A stretch of DNA of 64,000 nt from Myxococcales bacterium. Its GTDB lineage: Bacteria; Myxococcota; Myxococcia; Myxococcales; Anaeromyxobacteraceae. Positions 40,624 through 49,615 of this stretch are shown here, piece by piece. The position numbers and the translations under genes are program-made. The notes beneath the pieces are model-generated. The model did no database searches and was not told the origin of the DNA. It was given only the letters and a program-made list of their open reading frames with translations. Position 1 is the first letter of the stretch. Each line of letters opens with the position of its first letter. The DNA is taken from assembly GCA_038320275.1 (NCBI GenBank), contig JBBQEB010000003.1, forward strand, positions 11,610 through 75,609, given 5' to 3'.

Positions 40624-41493
40624 CGTCGTGCGCAGCTTCTCCGCCCAGGCAGGATGTCGCGACAGCATCCGACGATCCATCCACGGGATGCTCACGCCGA
40701 GGAACAGCGCGGAGATGGCGACGGCGCCGACGCCGCTCCACCACCACGAAGGGGCCGCGGCGAGCCCGAAGAAGAAGACACCCCACCAGAAGAGCACCTC
40801 GCCGAAGTAGTTGGGGTGCCGCGACAGGCGCCAGAGGCCGCTGTCGAGCACCGCCTCCGGATCTCGCCGGGTCCGGGTGAAGGCGCGGAGCTGCCGGTCG
40901 GCGAGCCACTCCACCATGACGGCCGCCGAGGTCACCACCGCCGCGGCGAGGTCGAGCAGGCCAAGCCGGCGCCCGGCCAAGGCGAGCGCCGGGTAGAGCG
41001 GCAGGAGGCCCAGGAACACCCAGACCGTCGGCATGAGGTGGATCGAGACGAGGCTCGCGGGCCAGTAGAGCCGGCCCGTCCTGGCGCGGATCTCCCGGTA
41101 TCGAAAGTCCTCGTCCTCGAGCCCGCGCCAGCGGAGGAGCTGGTTTCCGGTGAGTCGCGCGCCCCAGGCGATCACCAGCGCGAGCACGAGGAGCTGGCGC
41201 AGGCCCGGACCGCCAGGGCGGAGCGCTGCCCAGTAGAGCGCGATGGGGAGGGGGGCCACGCTCCAGTACGGGTCGTACACGCTGGAGTTGTCGTGACGGA
41301 CGCTGAAGAGGAAGACGACGCCGGTGGCGGCGAGATCGGCCACCGCCGCGGCGAGGATGGGGTGCCGGCCGCGCTGCGTGAGGCCGGCCGCGAGCCCCGC
41401 CAGGAGCGCCGCGCCGTAAGCCAGCGCGAGGACCCCCCGGCCGCGCCTGCCGGCCGCATCAGCCTCCCCAGGTTCCGCGCTGCGCCCGCTCAT
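40591..41493 (-). CDS. DUF1295 membrane protein (steroid 5-alpha-reductase-like superfamily)
   Basis: NSSVYDPYWS, WGARL, EDFRY, ADRQL..F, GLWRLSRHPNYFGE. Confidence 0.88.
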   Translation of the reverse strand: MSGRSAEPGEADAAGRRGRGVLALAYGAALLAGLAAGLTQRGRHPILAAAVADLAATGVVFLFSVRHDNSSVYDPYWSVAPLPIALYWAALRPGGPGLRQLLVLALVIAWGARLTGNQLLRWRGLEDEDFRYREIRARTGRLYWPASLVSIHLMPTVWVFLGLLPLYPALALAGRRLGLLDLAAAVVTSAAVMVEWLADRQLRAFTRTRRDPEAVLDSGLWRLSRHPNYFGEVLFWWGVFFFGLAAAPSWWWSGVGAVAISALFLGVSIPWMDRRMLSRHPAWAEKLRTTSALLPLPPRR

Positions 41494-42275
41494 CCGTAGA
41501 GCCCGCGCGTCGCTCGCCCCATGAGCCGCACGGACGCCCGGCGGGTGAGCACCCGCCCGAAGAGGAAGGCGGTGATCCTGTTGAGCGCGCCGGGGATGGT
41601 CACCGGGCCGTGCCCCAGCCGCCGCAGCGCGCGCTCCGCCACCGCGTCCGGCTCCATGATGGGGACGCTCCGCTTCGGCTTCGACGCGAGGTAGGCAGGG
41701 GTCCGCACCGGCCCGGCGCGGCAGGCGAGGACGTCCACCCCGCGCTCCGCCAGCTCCACCCAGAGCCCCTCCGCCAGCACGAGGTCGAAAGCTTTGGACG
41801 CGGCGTAGGACGCCACGTAAGCGGTGCCCTGGCCTCCCGCCAAGGACGCCATGAGGAGGATTCCCCCGCGCCCGCGCGCCGCCAGCCGGGCGCCCAGGAG
41901 GTAGCAGAGCACCACCGGACCGCGGCAGTTCACCTCCACCACGCGCAGGTGAGCCTCGAGCGGCGCATCGAGGAAGGGGCCGATGGCCGAGGCAGCCGCG
42001 TTGTAGACGAGCAGGCCCAGGTCGAGCCCGTCCACGAGGGCTGCAGCGCGCCCGGCGAGATCGGGCGCGGCGAGGTCGAGCGCAGCCGTGCGCACCTCCA
42101 CCCCGTGCTTCGCCCGCAGCCGGGCCGCCAGCGCCTCCAGTGGCCCCGCCCGGCGGGCGACGAGCAGGAGGTTCAGTCCGCGGCCGGCGAGGAGCCGCGC
42201 GAAGGACTCGCCCAGACCCTCGGAGGCACCGGCGACGAGCGCCCAGGGGCCATAGCGATCCGCGAACGCGCTCAC
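41490..42275 (-). CDS. Short-chain dehydrogenase/reductase, 17beta-HSD/KAR-like
   Basis: YGPWALVAGASEGLG, LLVARR, YNAA, YAASKA; GTG start overlaps upstream TGA. Confidence 0.88.
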   Translation of the reverse strand: MSAFADRYGPWALVAGASEGLGESFARLLAGRGLNLLLVARRAGPLEALAARLRAKHGVEVRTAALDLAAPDLAGRAAALVDGLDLGLLVYNAAASAIGPFLDAPLEAHLRVVEVNCRGPVVLCYLLGARLAARGRGGILLMASLAGGQGTAYVASYAASKAFDLVLAEGLWVELAERGVDVLACRAGPVRTPAYLASKPKRSVPIMEPDAVAERALRRLGHGPVTIPGALNRITAFLFGRVLTRRASVRLMGRATRGLYG

Positions 42276-42808
42276 GCCGCCTCCAGGCCGGCAGCGCCCG
42301 CCGCCGGCTCCGTGAACGGATGGTGCGAGCGCGTCACCCGCCAGAGCACGAGGAAGGGCACCAGCAGCCAGGCGGCGTTCGAACCGATCGTCGCCCACGG
42401 GTTCGGCGCGGCATGCACACCCTTCACCTCGTCGAAGAGGATGATGAAGACGTTCGTGAACATCATCGCCGCCCACAGGATGCTCGGCGTCCGGATCCAG
42501 TCGCGTCCACGCGCGTAGGCGAACAGCGCCGCCGCGTAGAAGGGGCCGAAGACGCAAACGTCGAGCCAGATGGTGGCGCGGTACCAGGCCGGGCGGGCGA
42601 GCAGCAGCGGGTCCCAGGTGCGCTCGTACCAGTGGATGAGCCGCAGGGCCGCCGCCGGCGGCCACACTGGCTGGGTGAAGTGGGCCGGGTCAGCGATGAC
42701 GATCTGCTCCAGGCTCACCACGTAGGAGATGAAGAACAGGTTCACCGCGAAGAACGCCAGCAACGCCACGTCCAGCGGTCGGCGCGAGAGCGGGATGGGG
42801 CGGCGCAT
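42272..42808 (-). CDS. EXPERA-domain membrane protein (EBP/TMEM97-like)
   Basis: Four TM segments; WDPLLLARPAWY...LDVCVFGPFY, NAAWLLVPF. Confidence 0.75.
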   Translation of the reverse strand: MRRPIPLSRRPLDVALLAFFAVNLFFISYVVSLEQIVIADPAHFTQPVWPPAAALRLIHWYERTWDPLLLARPAWYRATIWLDVCVFGPFYAAALFAYARGRDWIRTPSILWAAMMFTNVFIILFDEVKGVHAAPNPWATIGSNAAWLLVPFLVLWRVTRSHHPFTEPAAGAAGLEAA

Positions 42809-42858
42809 GGGCGCCAGGGTAGCGCGGATCTGCGCACGAGGCGCGCACGATGGAGGAC

Positions 42859-43583
42859 GAGGCTCGGGGGGAGGACGAGGCTCAGGGAAGGGCGAGGCTC
42901 ACGGGGAGAACGAGCGAAGCGACGCAGCCGCGAACTGAGGTTGAAGGGACGACGCGGCTCACACGGGAGAACGAGGCTCACGGGAGAACGAGCGAAGGGC
43001 CCGTGCGTCCTGAGGAAGCGGAGCGCCCGGCCTGCGGACGGAACCGCTCCGGGGTCGGACCGCGTGCACGGTCCGTGACGCGGCAATCCAGCCGGGCAGG
43101 CATCGCCGCCCTGCGCGGCACGAAGGCCGTGCCAGCGGGGCCGCGCGCTCCGGCCGCCGCCCGTCAGGAGCCAGCCCGGAAGGCCGTCGCGGAGAGAGGA
43201 AGGAGGCACGGGCCCGAAGCGATGCAGCCGCGAGCCGAGGCTCACGGGAGAACGAGGCTCACGGGAGAACGAGCGAAGGGCCCGTGCGTCCTGAGGAAGC
43301 GGAGCGCCCGGCCTGCGGACGGAACCGCTCCAGGGTCGGACCGCGTGCACGGTCCGTGACGCGGCAATCCAGCCGGGCAGGCATCGCCGCCCTGCGCGGC
43401 ACGAAGGCCGTGCCAGCGGGGCCGCGCGCTCCTGCCGCCGTCCGTCAGGGCCAGCCCGGAAGGCCGTCGCGGAGCGACGAAGGAAGCACGGGCCCGAAGC
43501 GATGCAACGGCGAGCCGAGGGGCCAGCCCGGAAGGCCGTCGCGGAGCGAGGAAGGAAGCACGGGCCCGAAGCGGTGCAGCCGC
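42859..43583. repeat. Composite intergenic repeat: 281-bp tandem duplication with nested 17-bp and ~70-bp units
   Basis: 42962-43242 repeated at 43243-~43521; GAGGCTCACGGGAGAAC-like units; GCCAGCCCGGAAGGCCGTCGCGGAG... three times. Confidence 0.9.
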
Positions 43584-43634
43584 CATGGAATGCGTTCCAC
43601 GAGCACAGGGGCGAGGAGTAAGGTCCCGCCCTCG

Positions 43635-44834
43635 ATGGCACCCGATCCCCGCCGCCTCCGCATTGCCTTCGTCATCGACATCTTCGATGGCGTGAAGACC
43701 GGCGGCGTCATCTCCGCCCAGCGCTTCGTGGCCGGGCTGCGCGAGCGGCACGACGTGGAGGTCATCACCACCGGCCCCGCAGGGCCCGGGCGGACCGAGC
43801 TGCCCGCCTTGCATCCACCCATCTTCCGCAAGCTCATGCGGGAGATGGGCTTCGTGTTCGCCCGCCCCCGCCGCCAGGTGCTGGAGGCCGCCTTCCGGCG
43901 CGCCGACCTCGTGCACGTCCAGTTCCCCTTCCTGCTCGGGATGCGCGCGGCCGCGCTCGCTCGCCGGATGGGAAAGCCGCTCGTCGCCGGGTTCCACGTT
44001 CAGCCCGAGAACATGCTGCGAAACGTCGGGCTGCCCTCGGAAGGCGCGCTGGTGGAGGGGCTCTACCGGCTCTTTTGCGCGCGCCTCTTCGACCTCGCCG
44101 ACGCGGTGGTCTGCCCGAGCGCCTTCGCCAGGGACGAGCTCGTGCGGCGCGGGCTCCGCGTCCCGGCAGAGGTCGTCTCGAACGGCATCGACCCCAGGTT
44201 CACGCCCGGGCCAGCCCCCGAGGTCGCGGAAACCGGCGGCGAGGTCCTCGTCCTCTCCGTCGGCCGGCTCGCCCGCGAGAAGAGGCACGACGTCCTCATC
44301 GAGGGGATCCGCCGCTCGCGCCACGCCGGCCGGGTGAGGCTCGTGGTGACCGGGCGCGGGCCAGAGGAGGCGCGGGTACGCGCCCTCGCGGCGACCCTGC
44401 CACTCCCAGCCCAGGTCACCTTCGTCACCGACGACGAGCTGCTCCGGCTCCTGCGCGCGGCGGACCTCCTCGTCCACGCCTCCGAGGTGGAGCTGGAGGG
44501 GATGGCGGTGCTGGAGGCGATGGGCTGCGGGACGCCCGCGCTCGTCGCGGATGCTCCGGCCAGCGCTTCCCCCTCCCTGGCGGCGGGGCCAGACTTCCTC
44601 TTCCGCCCCGGCGACGCCGGCGACCTCGCCGCGAAGCTCGACCACCTCCTCGACGACCCCGCCGCGCTCCCCGCGGCGCGCGCGCGCTGCCTCGAGCGCG
44701 CGCCCGCCTTCGCGCTGTCCGCCTGCGTCGCGAAGCTGGAGGCGCTCTACCTGCGCGTCGCCTCCGGGGAGGGGGTCAGCCCCCCGTCGGCCGCTCGCGC
44801 CGGACGATCCAGAGCGCCGCCGGCAGGGCGGTGA
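43635..44834 (+). CDS. GT4 glycosyltransferase, cholesterol alpha-glucosyltransferase-like
   Basis: ADLVHVQFPFLL, GFHVQPEN, CPSAF, SNGIDPRF, VGRLAREK, ELEGMAVLEAM. Confidence 0.8.
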   Translation: MAPDPRRLRIAFVIDIFDGVKTGGVISAQRFVAGLRERHDVEVITTGPAGPGRTELPALHPPIFRKLMREMGFVFARPRRQVLEAAFRRADLVHVQFPFLLGMRAAALARRMGKPLVAGFHVQPENMLRNVGLPSEGALVEGLYRLFCARLFDLADAVVCPSAFARDELVRRGLRVPAEVVSNGIDPRFTPGPAPEVAETGGEVLVLSVGRLAREKRHDVLIEGIRRSRHAGRVRLVVTGRGPEEARVRALAATLPLPAQVTFVTDDELLRLLRAADLLVHASEVELEGMAVLEAMGCGTPALVADAPASASPSLAAGPDFLFRPGDAGDLAAKLDHLLDDPAALPAARARCLERAPAFALSACVAKLEALYLRVASGEGVSPPSAARAGRSRAPPAGR

Positions 44835-47064
44835 AGTCGGCCAGCATGGCGAGGAGGAAGGCCGCCGAGGTCACGACGCCGAACTGGCGCAGCGGGGGGA
44901 AGCTCGAAGCGGCGAGCCCCAGGAATCCGGCCGCGTTGATGAGGGTCGCGAAGACGATCGGGCGCCCCGACACCCGCAGCGTGTGCCGCAGCGCCGGCTC
45001 GAGCGATCGCGCGCCCTCCCGCTCCGCCTCGCCCAGGTGGTGGAAGAAGTGGATCTGGTCGTTCTCGGTGGTGCCGAGCACCGTGGTGGCGATGAGGATG
45101 GTGGCCACGTTCAGGCTCGCGCCCACGAGCCGCATGCCGAGGAAGGTCGCGAGGATGGCGAAGAGGGACGGGATCATCGCCATGAGCCGCGCGCTCGGGC
45201 TCCTGAAGACGAAGAGGAAGGCGACGAAGATGAGCGCCGCGGTGATGGCAAAGCTCTGCGTCAAGGTGGGGACGAGGCTCGCCCCCACCTTGGCCTGCAC
45301 CATCGACTCGCCCACCACCTGCATCGAGGCGCCGCGAAAGGCCGGGTCCCCCGCCACGGTGCGCTCCCACGCGTCGGAGAGAGCGCGCGCGATGGCCCGA
45401 TAGCCGACTTCGTCCCCGCCTCCGCGGAAGGTGACGGTGACCTGAGCGTTGGAGAGCGTCCCCACGTCGAGGAAGCCGCGCAGCTCCGGCTCGGACAGCA
45501 AGAGCCCCTCCACGTCGGCGGCGAGCGCCGCGAAGACCTCGGGATCCTGGGTGAGGCGGTCGCCCTGCCCCGCCAGGTAGCCGCGCAGTCGAAGGAAGGT
45601 GGTGGGCCCGACCACCGCGTTCACCCCGGGCAGCGTCTCCACCGCCGTCGTGAAGCGGTCGAGACCCCGCAGCACCTCCGGGTCGGCGGCGGCTCCCGGC
45701 GGCGTCTTCACCCAGACGCGCGCCACGTCGAGCCCGGACACGTGCTCCCGGAAGAAGAGCATGTCGCGGTGGATGGCGAGCGAGGGGTCGACGTAATCGA
45801 GAGCGTCCACCCCGACGCGCATGGGGGCGAGCCGCCCCGGGATGCCGAGGAGCGCCGCCAACCCGGCGGCCGACAGGGCGAGCGCGCCGACGAGCAGCGG
45901 CCAGCGCAGCCTGTACGTCAGGCGGGGCAGCGCGTCGGCGGCGCGGTCGTAGAGAGCGCTCCGCACCTGCACCGCGCGCCGGGTGGGCGTCCGGAGCACC
46001 TTCTGCAGCGCTGGAAAGAGCGTGAGCGCGACCACCCAGGCGATGGCGAGCCCTGCCGCGGTCCAGAGGCCCATCTCGCGCACCGGCCGGATCTTGGAGA
46101 CGCCGAGCGCGCCGAAGCCCAGCACCGCCGCGACTGCGGAGGCGGTCACCGGCAGCGCCTTGTTGGCGAGCGCCCAGGCCTGGTGCGCGTCCGTCGAGGT
46201 GCCCTCCGGCTGGTCGACGAACCGCGAGTGCAGGTAGACCAGGGTGGCGAGCGTCGTCACGAGGATGGTGAGGGGCACCAGCGCGGAGACGACGGTGAAG
46301 GAGAAGCCGAGGAGCCGGCCCACCCCCACGCCCAGCGCCACCGACGCCCCGAGCGCGAGCAGGATGGCGAGGAGCGAGCGCGGGGAGCGGTAGAGGTAGA
46401 GCGACAGCACGACCACGAGGAGCCCGAAGAGCGGGAACGAACGCACCGACGCGCTGCCCGAGGCGTGCTCGATCCAGGACTCGACGTAGGGCGCGCCGAC
46501 CTTGCGAAGCTCGCGCAGGCTCCCCCGCGGCGCCCGCGCCAGGGCAGCGTCGATCTGCGCCAGCACCTCGTCGCGCTCGCGGGCGCCGTGCACGTCGAGC
46601 CCGACCGGGATTCCGTGGAAGTGGTCGCCGACGAGTCCCTGCCGCCGGAAGAAATCCGCCCCGGTGGCGAAGCGGCGAAAGGCGGCGGCGCCCTCCGGCG
46701 TGGGCGCAAAGCCGGGGTGAGCCCGGCGGTAGACGTCGAGCGCCGAGTAGGGATGCGCGCGCGCCACGCTCCGCAGCGCGGCCTCGACGCCCTCGAGGTC
46801 GCGCAGCACCTCCGGGCGCCAGGGGTCGTCCGCCTCGAGGAGCAGGATGACCAGCGCGCCCTCCGGGAAGACGGTCTGGAACTCGCGGGTCGCGACGACA
46901 TCGGGATCGGAGGGGACCACCAGACGGTCGATCCCGCTCTCGGAAGCGATGCGCGTCGCGAGCAGGGCGGCCGCCGGCACGAGCAGCGCGTAGGCCACCA
47001 GGATGGGAAACCGGGCCGCGACGACGGCGCGGAAGACGCGCTCGAGCGGGGAGGGGGCGGGCAC
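44776..47064 (-). CDS. MMPL/RND family lipid transporter (BstA/HpnN-like)
   Basis: Two TM bundles separated by periplasmic domains; ATTVLGTTENDQIHF, GRPIVFATL, FPPLRQFG, ADFTALPA. Confidence 0.88.
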   Translation of the reverse strand: MPAPSPLERVFRAVVAARFPILVAYALLVPAAALLATRIASESGIDRLVVPSDPDVVATREFQTVFPEGALVILLLEADDPWRPEVLRDLEGVEAALRSVARAHPYSALDVYRRAHPGFAPTPEGAAAFRRFATGADFFRRQGLVGDHFHGIPVGLDVHGARERDEVLAQIDAALARAPRGSLRELRKVGAPYVESWIEHASGSASVRSFPLFGLLVVVLSLYLYRSPRSLLAILLALGASVALGVGVGRLLGFSFTVVSALVPLTILVTTLATLVYLHSRFVDQPEGTSTDAHQAWALANKALPVTASAVAAVLGFGALGVSKIRPVREMGLWTAAGLAIAWVVALTLFPALQKVLRTPTRRAVQVRSALYDRAADALPRLTYRLRWPLLVGALALSAAGLAALLGIPGRLAPMRVGVDALDYVDPSLAIHRDMLFFREHVSGLDVARVWVKTPPGAAADPEVLRGLDRFTTAVETLPGVNAVVGPTTFLRLRGYLAGQGDRLTQDPEVFAALAADVEGLLLSEPELRGFLDVGTLSNAQVTVTFRGGGDEVGYRAIARALSDAWERTVAGDPAFRGASMQVVGESMVQAKVGASLVPTLTQSFAITAALIFVAFLFVFRSPSARLMAMIPSLFAILATFLGMRLVGASLNVATILIATTVLGTTENDQIHFFHHLGEAEREGARSLEPALRHTLRVSGRPIVFATLINAAGFLGLAASSFPPLRQFGVVTSAAFLLAMLADFTALPAALWIVRRERPTGG

Positions 47065-47128
47065 GGGCGAAGGGTATACCCGGCCACAGCTCGTTGCGGG
47101 AGAAGGGGCTCCGAGGCATGGTGCGCGG

Positions 47129-48001
47129 ATGACGACCGCGCTCGCCACCGCACTCGCAGCCCTGCTCGCCGCCGCGCCCGCCGCCGGCTCCTCGAAGCCG
47201 GCCAAGCCCGCCAAGGCCATCGTGCCCCAGCTCACGACCATCGTGGCCTGTGCTCCGGGGTACCCCGGCACCACCGCCGAGGCCCAGCCCGGCATGAACG
47301 CCTTCGCCGCGGCCGTGTCGAAGGCCGTTGGCCTACCGCCCACCTCGGTGAAGGCGCTCTACGTCCCCAGCGAGAAAGCCGGGCTCGCCCGCATGCAGCA
47401 GCCGGACGTCGGGGTCGCGCTGGTGACGCTTCCGTTCTACGTGGCGCACGCGGCCGAGCTCCGGCTCCAGCCGCAGCTCACCGTCGAGAACGAGGGCCGC
47501 GGGCCCTCCGAGAGCTGGACCTTGGTGGCCCGGAAGGGCGCGTTGAAGGACGCGGCCGGGCTCGCCGGCTTTCGCATCGAGTCCATCGCTGGCTACGCGC
47601 CCGGGTTCGTGCGGGCCGCGCTGGCCGGCTGGGGCGCGGTGCCGAAGGAGGTCCCCATCGCGCCCACCCGCAAGGTGCTCACCTCGCTGCGCCAGGCGGC
47701 CGGGGGCGAGAAGGTGGCCGTGCTGCTCGACGCAGGCCAGGCAGCCTCGCTCGCGAGCCTGCCCTTCGCGGGCGAGCTGGAGGTGGTGGCGAAGTCGGAG
47801 CCGCTGCCAGCCGCCCTGGTGTGCGTCCTCACGCCGAGGATGAAGCCCTCCAAGTTCCGGCCGCTGAGCGGTGCGATGCTGCGCGTGGCGGGCGATCCCG
47901 AGGGGGCGGCCGCGCTGAAGGGCATCCGCATGGTGCGCTTCGCGCCCCTCGACGCCGCCGTGCACGCCTCGCTGAGCAAGGTCATGGAAGCCTCGCGTTG
48001 A
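47129..48001 (+). CDS. Periplasmic substrate-binding protein, PhnD-like fold (BstB-like)
   Basis: Signal peptide; CAPGYPGTT..AQP.M; divergent from the MMPL gene across 64 bp. Confidence 0.65.
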   Translation: MTTALATALAALLAAAPAAGSSKPAKPAKAIVPQLTTIVACAPGYPGTTAEAQPGMNAFAAAVSKAVGLPPTSVKALYVPSEKAGLARMQQPDVGVALVTLPFYVAHAAELRLQPQLTVENEGRGPSESWTLVARKGALKDAAGLAGFRIESIAGYAPGFVRAALAGWGAVPKEVPIAPTRKVLTSLRQAAGGEKVAVLLDAGQAASLASLPFAGELEVVAKSEPLPAALVCVLTPRMKPSKFRPLSGAMLRVAGDPEGAAALKGIRMVRFAPLDAAVHASLSKVMEASR

Positions 48002-48798
48002 ACGGGAGGTGGGTGGCCCCGCTGACCGCGCTCGCCCTGGCGCTGGGCTGCGCGCACGCGCTTCCGCCAGCGCGGCCCGAGCCCGCGGCCGCGGCTCCTG
48101 CCGCGGGAGGCAGCGCCTCGGAGCTCCTGGCCCGCGCCGAGGCGCGCTGGGCGGGGCGGCCCGATCCGGCCGCGGTGGGCGAGGCGGAGGAGCTGTACCT
48201 GGCCGCGGCCCGGGCGGATCCACGGGCGACGGGGGGCCTCGCCGGAGCGGTGAAGGTGAAGGCCTGGCGCGCGGAACGCGAGCGCGACGACGCGCGCCGC
48301 GCTGCCCTGGCGGAGGGCGCAGTGGAGGCCGGGCAGTGGTGCGAGGCGCGAGCGCCTGCGAGCGCGGAGTGCGCCTATGCGCTCGCGATCGGGCTCGGCC
48401 TGCAGGCGCGGGAGCGGCGGGGAACGGCGCTCGATGGCCTGAAGCTCATGGTTGCGAAGCTCCGTCAGGCAGAGGCGGCCGACCCGAGGCTGGACCGGGC
48501 CGGGCCTGCGCGCGTGCTGGCTCAGGTGCTGGCGCAGGCGCCGGGCTGGCCGCTCGGGCCCGGCGACACGGACGCGGCGGTGGAGGCGGCACGCCGGGCC
48601 GTGTCGCTCTTCCCCGACCACCCGCCCAACCAGCTCGCGCTGGCGCTCGCGCTCCAGAAGAACGACGAGCCCGGCGTCGCGCGCGCGGCGGCGGAGCGCG
48701 CGGTGGCGCTCGCGCGGGCGGCCCGGGACGAGCCCGACGCTGCAGGGTGGATCGAGGAGGGGCTGCGGCTCGCCGGCGGAGGGACGGACGAGAGCTGA
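47998..48798 (+). CDS. TPR lipoprotein, TatT/BstC-like
   Basis: Lipobox LALGC; all-helical; AGPARVLA.V...APGWPLGPGD; TTG start overlaps upstream stop. Confidence 0.7.
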   Translation: MNGRWVAPLTALALALGCAHALPPARPEPAAAAPAAGGSASELLARAEARWAGRPDPAAVGEAEELYLAAARADPRATGGLAGAVKVKAWRAERERDDARRAALAEGAVEAGQWCEARAPASAECAYALAIGLGLQARERRGTALDGLKLMVAKLRQAEAADPRLDRAGPARVLAQVLAQAPGWPLGPGDTDAAVEAARRAVSLFPDHPPNQLALALALQKNDEPGVARAAAERAVALARAARDEPDAAGWIEEGLRLAGGGTDES

Positions 48799-48811
48799 CA
48801 GCGGTGTTAGC

Positions 48812-49615
48812 TCAGCTCACGCTCTCCGCGCTGTAGCGCGCCAGGAGCCCCGACCGCACCGCGCCGCGGTGGATTCGGACGAAGAAGAGGCAGGCGAGCG
48901 CGATGTACCCAGCGGCGAGGGCCGCTCCGGCCCCGAGCGCGGCAAAGGAGATGGGCTGGCCCGCCACCGCTGCGCGCAGCCCCTCGAAGACGTACGAGGG
49001 CGGCAGCGCCCGACCGACGAGCTGCATCCAGCGCGGCAGCGTGGCGAGCGGGTAGAACACCCCGGCGAAGGGGGAGAGCAGTGCGGGGATGGGCCAGACC
49101 AGCCACTCCGAGGCCGGCCCGAGCCGCAGCACGAGCGCGCTCGCGAAGACGCCGAGCGCGATGCCGAAGAGGAAGAGCACGGCGAGGAAGGGCGCGAGCC
49201 CGAAGCCAACGGTCGAGTAGGAGAGCCCGAAGACCCCCGCCGCGAGCGCGAGCATGACCCCGAGGCCGACCAGGCTCGTCACCACGCTGGAGGCGACCAG
49301 GCCGGCCAGGTATTCACCGATGGTGATCGGGCTCGCGAAGAGGTTGAACAGGTTCCGCGACCAGACGTCCTCGAAGAAAGCCATGGTCACGCCCTGCATG
49401 ACCCGGCCAAAGAAATCCCACAGCAGGATGGCGCCCAGGAGCGTGGGGACGAAGCGGACGGTGGACGAGGCGATCGCGTCCAGGTAGCGGGTGATGAAGC
49501 CCCACAGGACGACGTCGATGGCGACCCAGGCGAAGAGCGGCACCAGCCGCGCAGGGCTGCTGCGGAGCAGATAGGCCTGCCGCAGCAGGATGGCGCCGGT
49601 GCGTTTCAGTCGCAT
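48812..49615 (-). CDS. ABC-2 type permease with no adjacent ATPase
   Basis: FFEDVWSRNL.NLFASP, GVFYPLATLP.W, LPPSYVFEG; about six TM segments. Confidence 0.85.
   Translation of the reverse strand: MRLKRTGAILLRQAYLLRSSPARLVPLFAWVAIDVVLWGFITRYLDAIASSTVRFVPTLLGAILLWDFFGRVMQGVTMAFFEDVWSRNLFNLFASPITIGEYLAGLVASSVVTSLVGLGVMLALAAGVFGLSYSTVGFGLAPFLAVLFLFGIALGVFASALVLRLGPASEWLVWPIPALLSPFAGVFYPLATLPRWMQLVGRALPPSYVFEGLRAAVAGQPISFAALGAGAALAAGYIALACLFFVRIHRGAVRSGLLARYSAESVS

Noticed and set aside
42859..43583. CRISPR array
   Set aside because: Sequences between repeat units are themselves duplicated rather than unique spacers, spacing is irregular, and there are no cas genes
44551..48798. 1415-aa ORF as a giant protein
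   Set aside because: Mostly the antisense shadow of the MMPL gene in GC-rich DNA; only 47998-48798 looks like a real gene
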